The translations under genes were made by a program, and so were the position numbers. DNA of 64,000 nt from the IMG/VR virus record IMGVR_UViG_3300044638_006750, positions 62,001 to 126,000 of that record; one strand, given 5' to 3'. This document shows positions 39,861 to 49,102 of the stretch, one piece after another (position 1 is the first letter of the stretch; the number at the start of each line of letters is the position of its first letter). Below the pieces are notes generated by a model. That model was not told the DNA's origin and did no database searches. It saw only the letters and a program-made list of their open reading frames with translations.

Positions 39861-41924
39861 ATGATATACAATATAAATACTACACAATATAATCTATGTC
39901 ACACAATAACAGTTACAACTGTGGATATAGATGTTACAGATCTCAGCGTCGGCAGCTATTTGTATAAAACCACAAAATTGCCATGGCTATGGACAGAATT
40001 AAAAGCTATTAGTGGAAGTTTTTCAACCGCTAAAAGCTTTTATTTAAACGAGTCTAATAATACGACTATTACCTTACAAGTTAAAGAAGACTTAACAAAT
40101 GGATATGCATTAATTATAGAAATTAATTCAACGTGTCCTACACAAACTCCTACTCCATCTATTACATCATCCAATACTCCTACACCCACCAATAGTCCAA
40201 CTCCGACGAATACTCGCACTCCTACACAAACTCCGACAGTTACTCCAAGTTCTCCTCTTAATAGGTATTTATACTATATTTCTTCTAATCTGGAAGATGT
40301 TTGCTATAACAGATCCTCATCTATAGTAAATCCTATAAGTTTATATGATAGAAACACAATTTTAGAAGTTGGGTCTTTTATCTATAAAAATGCTTCTGCT
40401 TCTAGTAGATGGTTATTTACTGAGCTTCTATCAAGACTCGGAGTATCTGTTTCAAAACTATATCTTATTCAGAGTTCTACGGGTTTGGTTTATAGTATTG
40501 TGTCCGGCACTGGAGGCTTTGCTGTTGTTGATTCCGATAATATACAGTGTCCATCTATGCAGATGTCAGATGAGACATATTTATTATGTCATACAAACTC
40601 ATACGTTAATATACAGATAAGCACAAAAAGCCTGACTATTGGTAATTATATTTACAAAAATAATGGCATAGACTATTGGACATGGACAGAGCTTGTAGCT
40701 CTTGACCCCTCTTTTTCTGGAGCTATTAAATTATTTCTAAAAAGAAATACATATATTATTCGTATAGAACAAGATATTGCTACAGATTATGCTGTCATTA
40801 CCAATACGACTACCATTTGCCCTACTCAAACGCCAACTCCTACAAAAACTAGTACTCCTACTATAAGTTTGAGTCCTAGTCCAACAATAACTCCGTCAGT
40901 TAGCAATACTCCGACTCCTAGTATTACTCTAACCAGAACGCCAACAAACACCCCTACTCCTTCACATTCTGCAACACCGACACCAACAGCTACGGATCCA
41001 CTGAATGGTGTTTATTATTATTTATCTAATGACCCATATAATTTATGTCATAATAATCCATCTACAATTGTTTTAGTATATGATAATGATGGTATACTAA
41101 ATATTGGAGAAATATTATATGAAACTTCTAATGCTTTAAATATATGGTTATATAGTGAGTTATTATCTAAGCTAGGAATACAATCTGCAAGTAATTTATA
41201 TATAAGAAGACAGGTAGGAACAACAACAACAGTATATACTCTTGAAGAAAATCAAGATGGCGAATCAGAAATTGTAGATATTCAGATTTGTGTTACCACT
41301 ACACCCACTCCTACGAATACTCCAACGGTAACTCCGACTAATACTTCTACAGAGACTCCTACTCCAACTAATACCGCCACTATAACGAACACCGCTACTC
41401 CTAGCGAAACACCTACAAATACTCCGACCCCAACTAATACTCCTACTCCAACAGAAACCCCAACCTGTACGCCTACGACAACCAACACTGAAACACCAAC
41501 GTCTACTCCAAGTCAAACACCAACAAATACAAATACTCCCAGCGAAACGCCGACGAATACTCCGACTCCTACAAATACGATTACAACAACACCAACAACC
41601 ACGGCGACAGCGACAACAACGATTACGCCTTCTCCAACGGCTGTTTATATTTACAAAGCTATTAATATGAAGATTAATCGTGTTATTATTGGACATCAGT
41701 ATCGAGTTGAATTATCTACAGATGATATTGGTTTGGGTAAAGTAGAACCTTCCACGATTACGTTTACAGGAACGTCTGATCCTCAAAATATAGCTTTTAA
41801 AATAGGTTTTTCAGCAGCCTTAGCCACGATTATTCTTAATGCCAAAGTAACAGATCTGGATACTGGCCTAATAGAATACAATACTGTGTTCATTAAGTGT
41901 AATGAAATACAGGATTGTTATTAA
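39861..41924 (+). CDS. Structural protein (687 aa): four module B copies, PT linkers, C-terminal module A
   Basis: Repeated LC(H/Y)...L.(V/I)G..(L/I)YK....W.(W/F)(T/S)EL...C units. Ends in IKCNEIQDCY. Confidence 0.8.
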   Translation: MIYNINTTQYNLCHTITVTTVDIDVTDLSVGSYLYKTTKLPWLWTELKAISGSFSTAKSFYLNESNNTTITLQVKEDLTNGYALIIEINSTCPTQTPTPSITSSNTPTPTNSPTPTNTRTPTQTPTVTPSSPLNRYLYYISSNLEDVCYNRSSSIVNPISLYDRNTILEVGSFIYKNASASSRWLFTELLSRLGVSVSKLYLIQSSTGLVYSIVSGTGGFAVVDSDNIQCPSMQMSDETYLLCHTNSYVNIQISTKSLTIGNYIYKNNGIDYWTWTELVALDPSFSGAIKLFLKRNTYIIRIEQDIATDYAVITNTTTICPTQTPTPTKTSTPTISLSPSPTITPSVSNTPTPSITLTRTPTNTPTPSHSATPTPTATDPLNGVYYYLSNDPYNLCHNNPSTIVLVYDNDGILNIGEILYETSNALNIWLYSELLSKLGIQSASNLYIRRQVGTTTTVYTLEENQDGESEIVDIQICVTTTPTPTNTPTVTPTNTSTETPTPTNTATITNTATPSETPTNTPTPTNTPTPTETPTCTPTTTNTETPTSTPSQTPTNTNTPSETPTNTPTPTNTITTTPTTTATATTTITPSPTAVYIYKAINMKINRVIIGHQYRVELSTDDIGLGKVEPSTITFTGTSDPQNIAFKIGFSAALATIILNAKVTDLDTGLIEYNTVFIKCNEIQDCY
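41295..41640 (+). repeat. Pro/Thr/Glu-rich linker in 39861..41924
   Basis: Direct translation. Confidence 0.9.
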
Positions 41925-41938
41925 ACAGGGGACTAATT

Positions 41939-42163
41939 ATGGCCATTCAAAACATAGGATTAAACGACATAGTAGACAGGATTATACTCAGTAGTGCTAA
42001 TACCAACGAAACTTCCTCAATAGACAGGAAGAACGGTATTTTTAATACAGCATCCTATTTCCTTTTCTCGATTAATAAACCAGCCTTTGCTATAGAAATT
42101 GCTAATAAAATTGATCCATTAGAATCTAGTCCATCTAGGGACTCACAACCGTTATCCACTTAA
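41939..42163 (+). CDS. Small hypothetical protein (74 aa)
   Basis: SD AGGGGA at about 41927 precedes ATG 41939, which is preferred over the 41915 start. Fills the gap between two long genes. Confidence 0.55.
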   Translation: MAIQNIGLNDIVDRIILSSANTNETSSIDRKNGIFNTASYFLFSINKPAFAIEIANKIDPLESSPSRDSQPLST

Positions 42164-42164
42164 T

Positions 42165-44885
42165 ATGATAAATAATAATCTTCAAATTTACAGTTGGACA
42201 TATGGGTACTATATCGACAATATCACTAACAAAAAAATATCCATTGGTGATATCGTTAGATATAGAACTCTTAGTCAGGGAAAGATATTATTCAATAACA
42301 ATATAGATATTGTATCTAGACCTAGGGGCGGTGGTCAACCTACTGGTGATGCTGTACAAGATTATAATGGTATATTTAGCGATAATGATTTATTAAATAA
42401 GTCTAGACAATATATTAGCATACCATTTTCAAATCCTGTTCATATTTTATCAATAGAATTTAATGCAGATATTTTTACAGACATAGACGGAGTATCTCAA
42501 GGTTCGTTAAGTAAATTGTCTTCAGAGGATGCTTCGTACATATCTCTAATTTTTTCAGACAATACAACAAAAGATATTGCTATTGATCTTTGTGAATATA
42601 ATAGTGTCAATACTTTAAAATTTACAGCACCAGAAACACTTTATTATATTAAGGAAATCAGATTTTACGGACCTAAACCAAGAAAACATCAGGCTTTCGG
42701 CTCTACTATACAACCACTAATAGACGTTCCTGCTGATTATACAAGCAATCAAAGTGGTATTAATAGATTGTGGGGTTATCAACCAGATAAGTATTCTTTA
42801 AATCAAACCTCTTTTGTTTTAACTGATCCATCTCTTAATGGTAGAAATAATCTGATTTTTAAAGAAAACATAGCAACCGCATTTCAAACATACGCTCGTA
42901 ATAGAAAATCAACCCTGGATATAAATAAAGACGCTTTGCTTAATATTGCGTCGTCTACTCCATTGTTTATATCTGATTCTGTTCGTACATATGGGTCGTT
43001 ATACGGATATATCGAACTTATTTCACAAGACGTTGTTGATACTACGAATCTATTTTTAAAAAATATAACATTTAATTCACCATCATATTTTTATATCAAT
43101 AGTGAAAATCTAATACCTCCAAAAGACCCTCTGCTAGTTACCGGAGGTCTTTATCTATCGAGTACTGATAACAAAAATTTGAAGCAGAGAGTGGTGCATC
43201 TTTTTGCTCGTAGGTGGGATTCTTATGCCTCATCTATAGAAGACAACTGGATAAATGATGCTATTATACTTATCAAAAATCCTCAACATAGTGAAGTTGT
43301 CTCTACATATTTTAATCTAGACGACTTTGAATTTTTGGACGTATATGAAGCATCGGCTGTTAGTTTAAAGCATCTTAATATAGCAGTAGAAACCGAAGAA
43401 CCAACTCCTACACCAACAGCCACAATCACTAATACTCCAACTCCAACAAATACTCCAACACCAACAACATCTCCATCAGCATCCGCAGAACCTGTTAAAG
43501 CAGGATATGTCTATATTTGGGGAACCAATGGATATAAAGATGATATAATTGTTAATCCTCAAAAAATAGATCAAGATAATAATTTTATGGGTGTTGATCT
43601 ATCATTTACTAATATTTTTACTGGTATTAATCATGCAATAGCAGCAAGACAAGATAGGGTTTTATTCCCGATTAAAGACAACAGAAATTCTCAGTTAGGT
43701 CTACCATTTTCCGACAATATAACACAACTCAATAAACTAAATACGGTTATCAGTACAATTAATAGTCGCTGGAGAAACATATCTCTAGGGGATGACTTCA
43801 CATATCTGCTCAATATCGACTATGAAGTATACAGATGGGGAAATAATAAATACTATCAATTAGACTCAGATTTCGATAAGCTGCCATTACCGACTCAATT
43901 ATTAGTCGATGGCAAGGTTCGCTTTTTAGATATAGCCTGTGGTAAAACTCATGCATTTGTTATTCGAGATGATGGTTCTTTGTATGTTTGCGGAACTGTT
44001 GATGGTAATGTCATCAATCATTTTACTAGGTATACAAATGAAGTGGGCTGGGAGAAGATATTTACTAATGAGACTCATACATTTGGTATTAAACAAAATG
44101 ACACATCTCTATATGTATTAAGAGGTAGACTTAAGGATAACAGAATATCTATAAACTCCCAACCAGAATCTATAGATCCAGACATAGCACAATATAGAAG
44201 CATAGCTGTTGGAGATAGTCATATTTTAGTTGTTAAAAAAGATGGCACATTATGGGTTTTTGGAGATAATAATTACGGTCAACTAGGTACAGGGAATTAT
44301 GATCCTATATTTGACAAATTAACTTCCAGAGATAGTTATCAAAGTTGGTCCAAAGTTGCTGCTGGTAGTAGACATTCTTTGGCAATAAATAGTATTGGGG
44401 TATTATATGGTTGGGGATCTGGAGAAGATTACCAGTTCGGATTTGTACAAACTAATTTTGATAAACCAACATTAATTTGGGGAGGCAATTGGATAGACAT
44501 ATCGGCTAAGGGTAATATGAGCGGTGCTGTTGCTGGAGACTATATTTTCCAGGAACTTACTACTCAAACACCTACCCCAACGCCGACAAACACCGCAACT
44601 CCATCATTAACTCCTAGTGTTAGTGATACTCCTCCACCAACCCCTCCGCCTCCGTCACAATCAGCTACTGTTACTAAAACCCCTACAAATACACCAACGC
44701 CAACTGTTACTACTTCACCGACACCAACACCAACACCCACACAACCCATATTTTTATTTAAGATTATAGATGTATTACCAGTTACTCCACCACCAACTCA
44801 ATCGGCTTCTCCTCCGCCACCGTCTCCGGAACCAACACCTCCGGTCGAAGTATATGATTTTACAAATATAACATTTCCAGTATAG
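42165..44885 (+). CDS. RCC1-repeat structural protein with PT linkers (906 aa)
   Basis: IAVGDSHILVVKKDGTLWVFGDNNYGQLG and VAAGSRHSLAINSIGVLYGWG match the RCC1_2 consensus. Confidence 0.82.
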   Translation: MINNNLQIYSWTYGYYIDNITNKKISIGDIVRYRTLSQGKILFNNNIDIVSRPRGGGQPTGDAVQDYNGIFSDNDLLNKSRQYISIPFSNPVHILSIEFNADIFTDIDGVSQGSLSKLSSEDASYISLIFSDNTTKDIAIDLCEYNSVNTLKFTAPETLYYIKEIRFYGPKPRKHQAFGSTIQPLIDVPADYTSNQSGINRLWGYQPDKYSLNQTSFVLTDPSLNGRNNLIFKENIATAFQTYARNRKSTLDINKDALLNIASSTPLFISDSVRTYGSLYGYIELISQDVVDTTNLFLKNITFNSPSYFYINSENLIPPKDPLLVTGGLYLSSTDNKNLKQRVVHLFARRWDSYASSIEDNWINDAIILIKNPQHSEVVSTYFNLDDFEFLDVYEASAVSLKHLNIAVETEEPTPTPTATITNTPTPTNTPTPTTSPSASAEPVKAGYVYIWGTNGYKDDIIVNPQKIDQDNNFMGVDLSFTNIFTGINHAIAARQDRVLFPIKDNRNSQLGLPFSDNITQLNKLNTVISTINSRWRNISLGDDFTYLLNIDYEVYRWGNNKYYQLDSDFDKLPLPTQLLVDGKVRFLDIACGKTHAFVIRDDGSLYVCGTVDGNVINHFTRYTNEVGWEKIFTNETHTFGIKQNDTSLYVLRGRLKDNRISINSQPESIDPDIAQYRSIAVGDSHILVVKKDGTLWVFGDNNYGQLGTGNYDPIFDKLTSRDSYQSWSKVAAGSRHSLAINSIGVLYGWGSGEDYQFGFVQTNFDKPTLIWGGNWIDISAKGNMSGAVAGDYIFQELTTQTPTPTPTNTATPSLTPSVSDTPPPTPPPPSQSATVTKTPTNTPTPTVTTSPTPTPTPTQPIFLFKIIDVLPVTPPPTQSASPPPPSPEPTPPVEVYDFTNITFPV

Positions 44886-44896
44886 GATAATTAACT

Positions 44897-47800
44897 ATGG
44901 CACTAGTAGACGCAGTAGCAGACAACAGTTTAGTTTATATTATTTCTAATTCTAGACAGAACTTGCATGTACTGAATACTAGAAATCAGATAGACGATAT
45001 CAATCTTGACGGTTTGGCTGAAACAGTAACCATATCAGGAAAACCATATGCGGCTAAAAGAATATACAGTGTGATAGTATATGCTGGAGAAGTTTTGGCT
45101 GGCGGCGACTTTGGTTTAAAAAGATGGAATGTTGGCAGTAGAAAATGGGAAAGATATGCTACATTTACTGGAGGTATAAGTAGTTTAGTAGATAAGGGAT
45201 TATTTCCTAATAGCGTTCTTAGCATGAAGACATACAACGGTAAGTTATATATTTTTGGTAATTTTGTAGATAGTCTTATAGGTAGCACCCCGTCTGCGGT
45301 TACATCCAGATATATTGTGGTATACAACGGATCATTTTTTGAACCTGTCAATGGGGCGAATACACTTCCGATCATAAATCTTTCTGCGTATGGTCTTTTA
45401 AGCAAATCTAGTGTGAATCCTGCTTTAAATGACAATATTTTTTCTTTGTATATTTACAATAATAATATCTACATCTTAGATAAGGGTATTTTTAACGGAA
45501 AGTCCACCCTGCAAGATGTGGTTAAGGCAGATGCTTTAACAGATGTGGCTAATGATGGTACTACTTTGGTTTATTGTTTATTAGATGGTGCTACCACCTT
45601 CTCTACAAGAAAAATTAATGGTCAAATTCTCAATGATTATCAAATAGATAGTACTCTTTATATTACATCGGCGGTTAAAAAATCAGGATCTCAATATCAG
45701 CAAAATTTATTTTCTTCTATTGATTTAAATACATCAGATATAACTAGAGGATATGAAGTATTTTTAGGTACAACGTATGCTTCTGTTACTGGGGATATTT
45801 TTACAAATTATAATGTAGAAGGTAATTCGACAACATCTGCGATCAGCAATAAAGCAACAAGATTCTTAAAACAAAACAATGTTAAATTTAGAAAAATTCA
45901 TAATGGTATTTCTATACAAAATGGAACATATGAACAAACCAAAGCTGCCATTCTTATAGATACTAATAACAATCTATGGGCTCTGAAATCTCAATGGGTA
46001 GAGACGAATTCGAGTGCGGCATACTATGTACCTCTGTCTCAAGAAATTTCGTATCAAGCTTTTGTTCAATATAATTTAGATTATGGTCCACTAACTTTAA
46101 ACGGTAGAATTGTTGATGCTGTAATGGGATTAGATACCGTTGCAGTTTTAACAACTTCTGGAGAAATTTATATTTGGGGTAAAAATAGTTATGGTCAATT
46201 AGGTCCAGATATTCCTTTGGGCTCTATTATAGACTCTCCAGTCAAAGTTGCTGGAAATGGATATAAGAAATTATATGTGTGCGACAATACATATTATGCT
46301 ATCAAAGATGATAATACATTATACGCCTGGGGCCAAAGCACTACTGACTTAGGCGGTCAGTTAATTCCAGGAGTTGTCGGTAATGCTTTATTGCCTACTC
46401 AGATTGAAATAGCTATAGGGACTAATGATACTCCGATTAATAGAACTGGTAGTAGTGTTGTATCCGACCAGATGGGCTCATTCTGGAAAAGTATTAGTTT
46501 ATCTCCTGTTGGAATCTATGGAATAGATATCACTGGACTACTATATTATTGGGGTGGCCCAGAGGGAACATCTGCTTATCCTATTACTAGAACGGTATCG
46601 GGCAACTCAGAAAAACACACAGGCTTGTTCGATATAGAAAATATCAAACCTATTCCAGCTCCATCTGCTCCCGGTAATCCAGTATTGTTGGGTTGTCCAG
46701 CTTTTGTTAATGATGAAACTCCAATCATCGGAGATCCTGGTCAATATATTGATATTAGTCATGATAGTTGTTGGTATAATCATAATTATGTATTCAATTT
46801 CTCTATTCAGTCTAATACTACTGGTGTTCCTAGTACAGTATTCAGCTTGACTCAAAAATCTATTAATGCTGATTTAATTCATGTTAGTAGTTTTGTAACA
46901 TATACATACGTATTAAATGATAAAACTTATACAACATATTGGCACAAAAATTTGCTTAATGATGAAACTGGAGATAATTCTGTAGGCAAGATCAACACAT
47001 CTGCGTGGGTAAAAACAGCCAATGTATCCAGTTATATTATAAGTTTGCCTATTCCGCAGGCAAAAACCCTAGCAACCGGAAATATATATGAATTAAATTT
47101 AAATACTAATAATCATAAACAATTATTAATCAAGTTTCGTTTCAATAACAAACCATATTGGACTATCAATAGTCTCAGTGGAATAAGCACATTAGGATCA
47201 GTAAATACATTATCGGGTTTAGGACTAACTAATATTAGATTGTGTGCTATAGACGCTGCGTCTGCTCTGAGAATAGACACGGGCAGTCCTGTTAGATATG
47301 ACTATTTGACTAGAAATAAAAAATGGGATAGTACAAATGAATACTATGCTATAGATGATGATGGCGAATTGTATGGACTGCCATATTCTGGTTATCCTGG
47401 GGTATCAAATAAATATCCTTTTGTATTACCATATAAATATTATATCACTAAAGATAATAGTTTTACTGGGTCTACGTCTTTGTTTGATATTAATAATTCT
47501 TATATTTCTGACATACTAATAGATAATAATAGGCTTATTATTGCTGGATCTATTCCAAATGGTAACAGTTTTTATTCATATAAAAGTTTGGCTATTTATG
47601 ATTTAGAACAAAGTTCAGTAGTTAATTTAACCATAGATACTACATCTGCTATTAATACTGTTATCAATAAAATATTACCGCAGTCTGATTGGGTTCAACC
47701 ACCACCTCCTCCAACGCCCACTCCGACCCCTACTCAAACGCCAACAACTAGTTTAACACCATCTAATACTCCTACTATTAGTTTAAGTCCCACTAATACA

Positions 47801-48166
47801 GCAAGTCCCACTAATACTAGGACGCCGACTCCTACTATTAGTGAAACGCCGACATTAACTCCTACAATAAGTCAAACCCCAACAACAACCACTACTACAA
47901 CTCCAACAGGAACCCCACAACCTACTCCAACAAGAACTCCTACTAGAACGGTTTCTGCTACTCCTACTAATACTAGAACGCCTACCCCGACACCTACACA
48001 TACTCAGACTCAAACTCCGAGTAACAGTCCTACTCCAAGAAATTCTTGGGATATTGACGGACAGCAAATTGTCTTTACGGATGCAGAAAGAAATTCTGTG
48101 GATCTTAGTTGCAAGTGTATAGCAGAAGAGACCCTTGCCAGAGAGGGTAGGTCTGATGGTGTATAA
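44897..48166 (+). CDS. Beta-propeller/RCC1-repeat structural protein with a C-terminal PT linker (1089 aa)
   Basis: N-terminal propeller blades (VYAGEVLAGGDF, YNGKLYIFGNF) and RCC1-like VAVLTTSGEIYIWGKNSYGQLG. PT tract at about 47698-48040. Confidence 0.78.
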   Translation: MALVDAVADNSLVYIISNSRQNLHVLNTRNQIDDINLDGLAETVTISGKPYAAKRIYSVIVYAGEVLAGGDFGLKRWNVGSRKWERYATFTGGISSLVDKGLFPNSVLSMKTYNGKLYIFGNFVDSLIGSTPSAVTSRYIVVYNGSFFEPVNGANTLPIINLSAYGLLSKSSVNPALNDNIFSLYIYNNNIYILDKGIFNGKSTLQDVVKADALTDVANDGTTLVYCLLDGATTFSTRKINGQILNDYQIDSTLYITSAVKKSGSQYQQNLFSSIDLNTSDITRGYEVFLGTTYASVTGDIFTNYNVEGNSTTSAISNKATRFLKQNNVKFRKIHNGISIQNGTYEQTKAAILIDTNNNLWALKSQWVETNSSAAYYVPLSQEISYQAFVQYNLDYGPLTLNGRIVDAVMGLDTVAVLTTSGEIYIWGKNSYGQLGPDIPLGSIIDSPVKVAGNGYKKLYVCDNTYYAIKDDNTLYAWGQSTTDLGGQLIPGVVGNALLPTQIEIAIGTNDTPINRTGSSVVSDQMGSFWKSISLSPVGIYGIDITGLLYYWGGPEGTSAYPITRTVSGNSEKHTGLFDIENIKPIPAPSAPGNPVLLGCPAFVNDETPIIGDPGQYIDISHDSCWYNHNYVFNFSIQSNTTGVPSTVFSLTQKSINADLIHVSSFVTYTYVLNDKTYTTYWHKNLLNDETGDNSVGKINTSAWVKTANVSSYIISLPIPQAKTLATGNIYELNLNTNNHKQLLIKFRFNNKPYWTINSLSGISTLGSVNTLSGLGLTNIRLCAIDAASALRIDTGSPVRYDYLTRNKKWDSTNEYYAIDDDGELYGLPYSGYPGVSNKYPFVLPYKYYITKDNSFTGSTSLFDINNSYISDILIDNNRLIIAGSIPNGNSFYSYKSLAIYDLEQSSVVNLTIDTTSAINTVINKILPQSDWVQPPPPPTPTPTPTQTPTTSLTPSNTPTISLSPTNTASPTNTRTPTPTISETPTLTPTISQTPTTTTTTTPTGTPQPTPTRTPTRTVSATPTNTRTPTPTPTHTQTQTPSNSPTPRNSWDIDGQQIVFTDAERNSVDLSCKCIAEETLAREGRSDGV
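47698..48040 (+). repeat. Pro/Thr-rich linker in 44897..48166
   Basis: Direct translation. Confidence 0.9.
48158..48166 (+). promoter_or_regulatory. Candidate late-promoter motif GGTGTATAA
   Basis: Variant of GTGTAT(T)AA overlapping the stop codon, 31 nt upstream of ATG 48197. Confidence 0.25.
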
Positions 48167-48196
48167 CAGTATATTGACATTATAAGGAATATAAAT

Positions 48197-49063
48197 ATGG
48201 CTAATTTCAAAGTTAATTTCGTCACCAGTGGCAAAGTCATCAACTTTACAGATTGTTGCTGTCCAAATCTTATCAATGTTGTCTGTAGAGACATGGAGAT
48301 GGGACAAAAATATTATGTAACTTTTCAGGATACACCAACTTATAGAGCCCAAATTTTTCCATCTAAATACTCGTTCATCGCTGAATCTCGCGTAGTTGGC
48401 TTTAAGGTTATCAATGGAGGACTCGGTTTTACTTCAACACCAACAGTAGAAATTGTGGGTGGTGGAGCATCCACGGTTGCTACCGCTACTGCTGTTGTGT
48501 CAGAAAAATCTTTTCCTAATGATACCAAGGTCAAAACTATTACAGATATTATTTTGACCAATGGAGGTAAAGGATATACAAGTATGCCAACGGTTAATAT
48601 CGTTGGAGGGGGTGGACGAGGAGCCATAATAAAACCGATATTGAGCACACCTGTTAAAAATTTAACATTTTTTGTTGCTTTTGGATGCAACGATAAAAAT
48701 ATGCCAATACCAACACCATATCCCAGTAACACTCCTACGATTACACCAACTGCTACTCTTACTCAAACTCCTACACTTACTCCAACACCAACTTCTATAG
48801 CTCTAGAAATATTGCCAGCTAATGTTTCAACGTACTCCTCCGCATTGACAGAAAATCCTATAGCTTTAGATGATTATTTTGCGGACAGATCAACATATCC
48901 TGTGAGAGTATATTTGGGTGTTACAGGACAGAGTATTGTAGTGCCAACTGGTTATGATTATGCTATATATATTAAGCCAGATGGCAGTATTACGGATGGC
49001 GCTGTTATTGCTGGCACCAGTATCAAATTTAAGAGTCAAATTTTATTAGGCAAGGGTATATAA
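48197..49063 (+). CDS. Structural protein (288 aa): module A interrupted by two NGGxGYTSxPTV repeats
   Basis: TDCCCPNLINV...MEMGQKYYVTF...IFPSKYSFIAES, then INGGLGFTSTPTVEIVGGG / TNGGKGYTSMPTVNIVGGGG, then STPVKNLTF. Confidence 0.75.
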   Translation: MANFKVNFVTSGKVINFTDCCCPNLINVVCRDMEMGQKYYVTFQDTPTYRAQIFPSKYSFIAESRVVGFKVINGGLGFTSTPTVEIVGGGASTVATATAVVSEKSFPNDTKVKTITDIILTNGGKGYTSMPTVNIVGGGGRGAIIKPILSTPVKNLTFFVAFGCNDKNMPIPTPYPSNTPTITPTATLTQTPTLTPTPTSIALEILPANVSTYSSALTENPIALDDYFADRSTYPVRVYLGVTGQSIVVPTGYDYAIYIKPDGSITDGAVIAGTSIKFKSQILLGKGI

Positions 49064-49102
49064 AGATAGTAAGATAAAAGAAGAATTCTAAGGATTTAAA
49101 AG

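Noticed and set aside
18290-44749. Minus-strand Val/Gly-rich ORFs (e.g. 18290-18508, 20617-20859, 20863-21150, 32292-32603, 38879-39328, 41282-41488, 44564-44749)
   Set aside because: They are antisense shadows of the Pro/Thr tracts (ACN/CCN codons read as GTN/GGN) and lie entirely inside well-supported + strand genes.
20710-48040. PT tracts as a CRISPR array, DNA tandem repeat or diversity-generating retroelement TR/VR pair
   Set aside because: There are no exact repeat-spacer units, no cas or reverse transcriptase gene in the window, and the variation is synonymous rather than adenine-specific.
14887-49063. Interpretation as a bacterial chromosomal adhesin locus, contractile injection system or eukaryotic giant-virus region
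   Set aside because: No signal peptides, secretion genes or sheath/tube genes are seen in the window. The TP901-like TMP, phage fibre motifs and SD usage point to a tailed bacteriophage.
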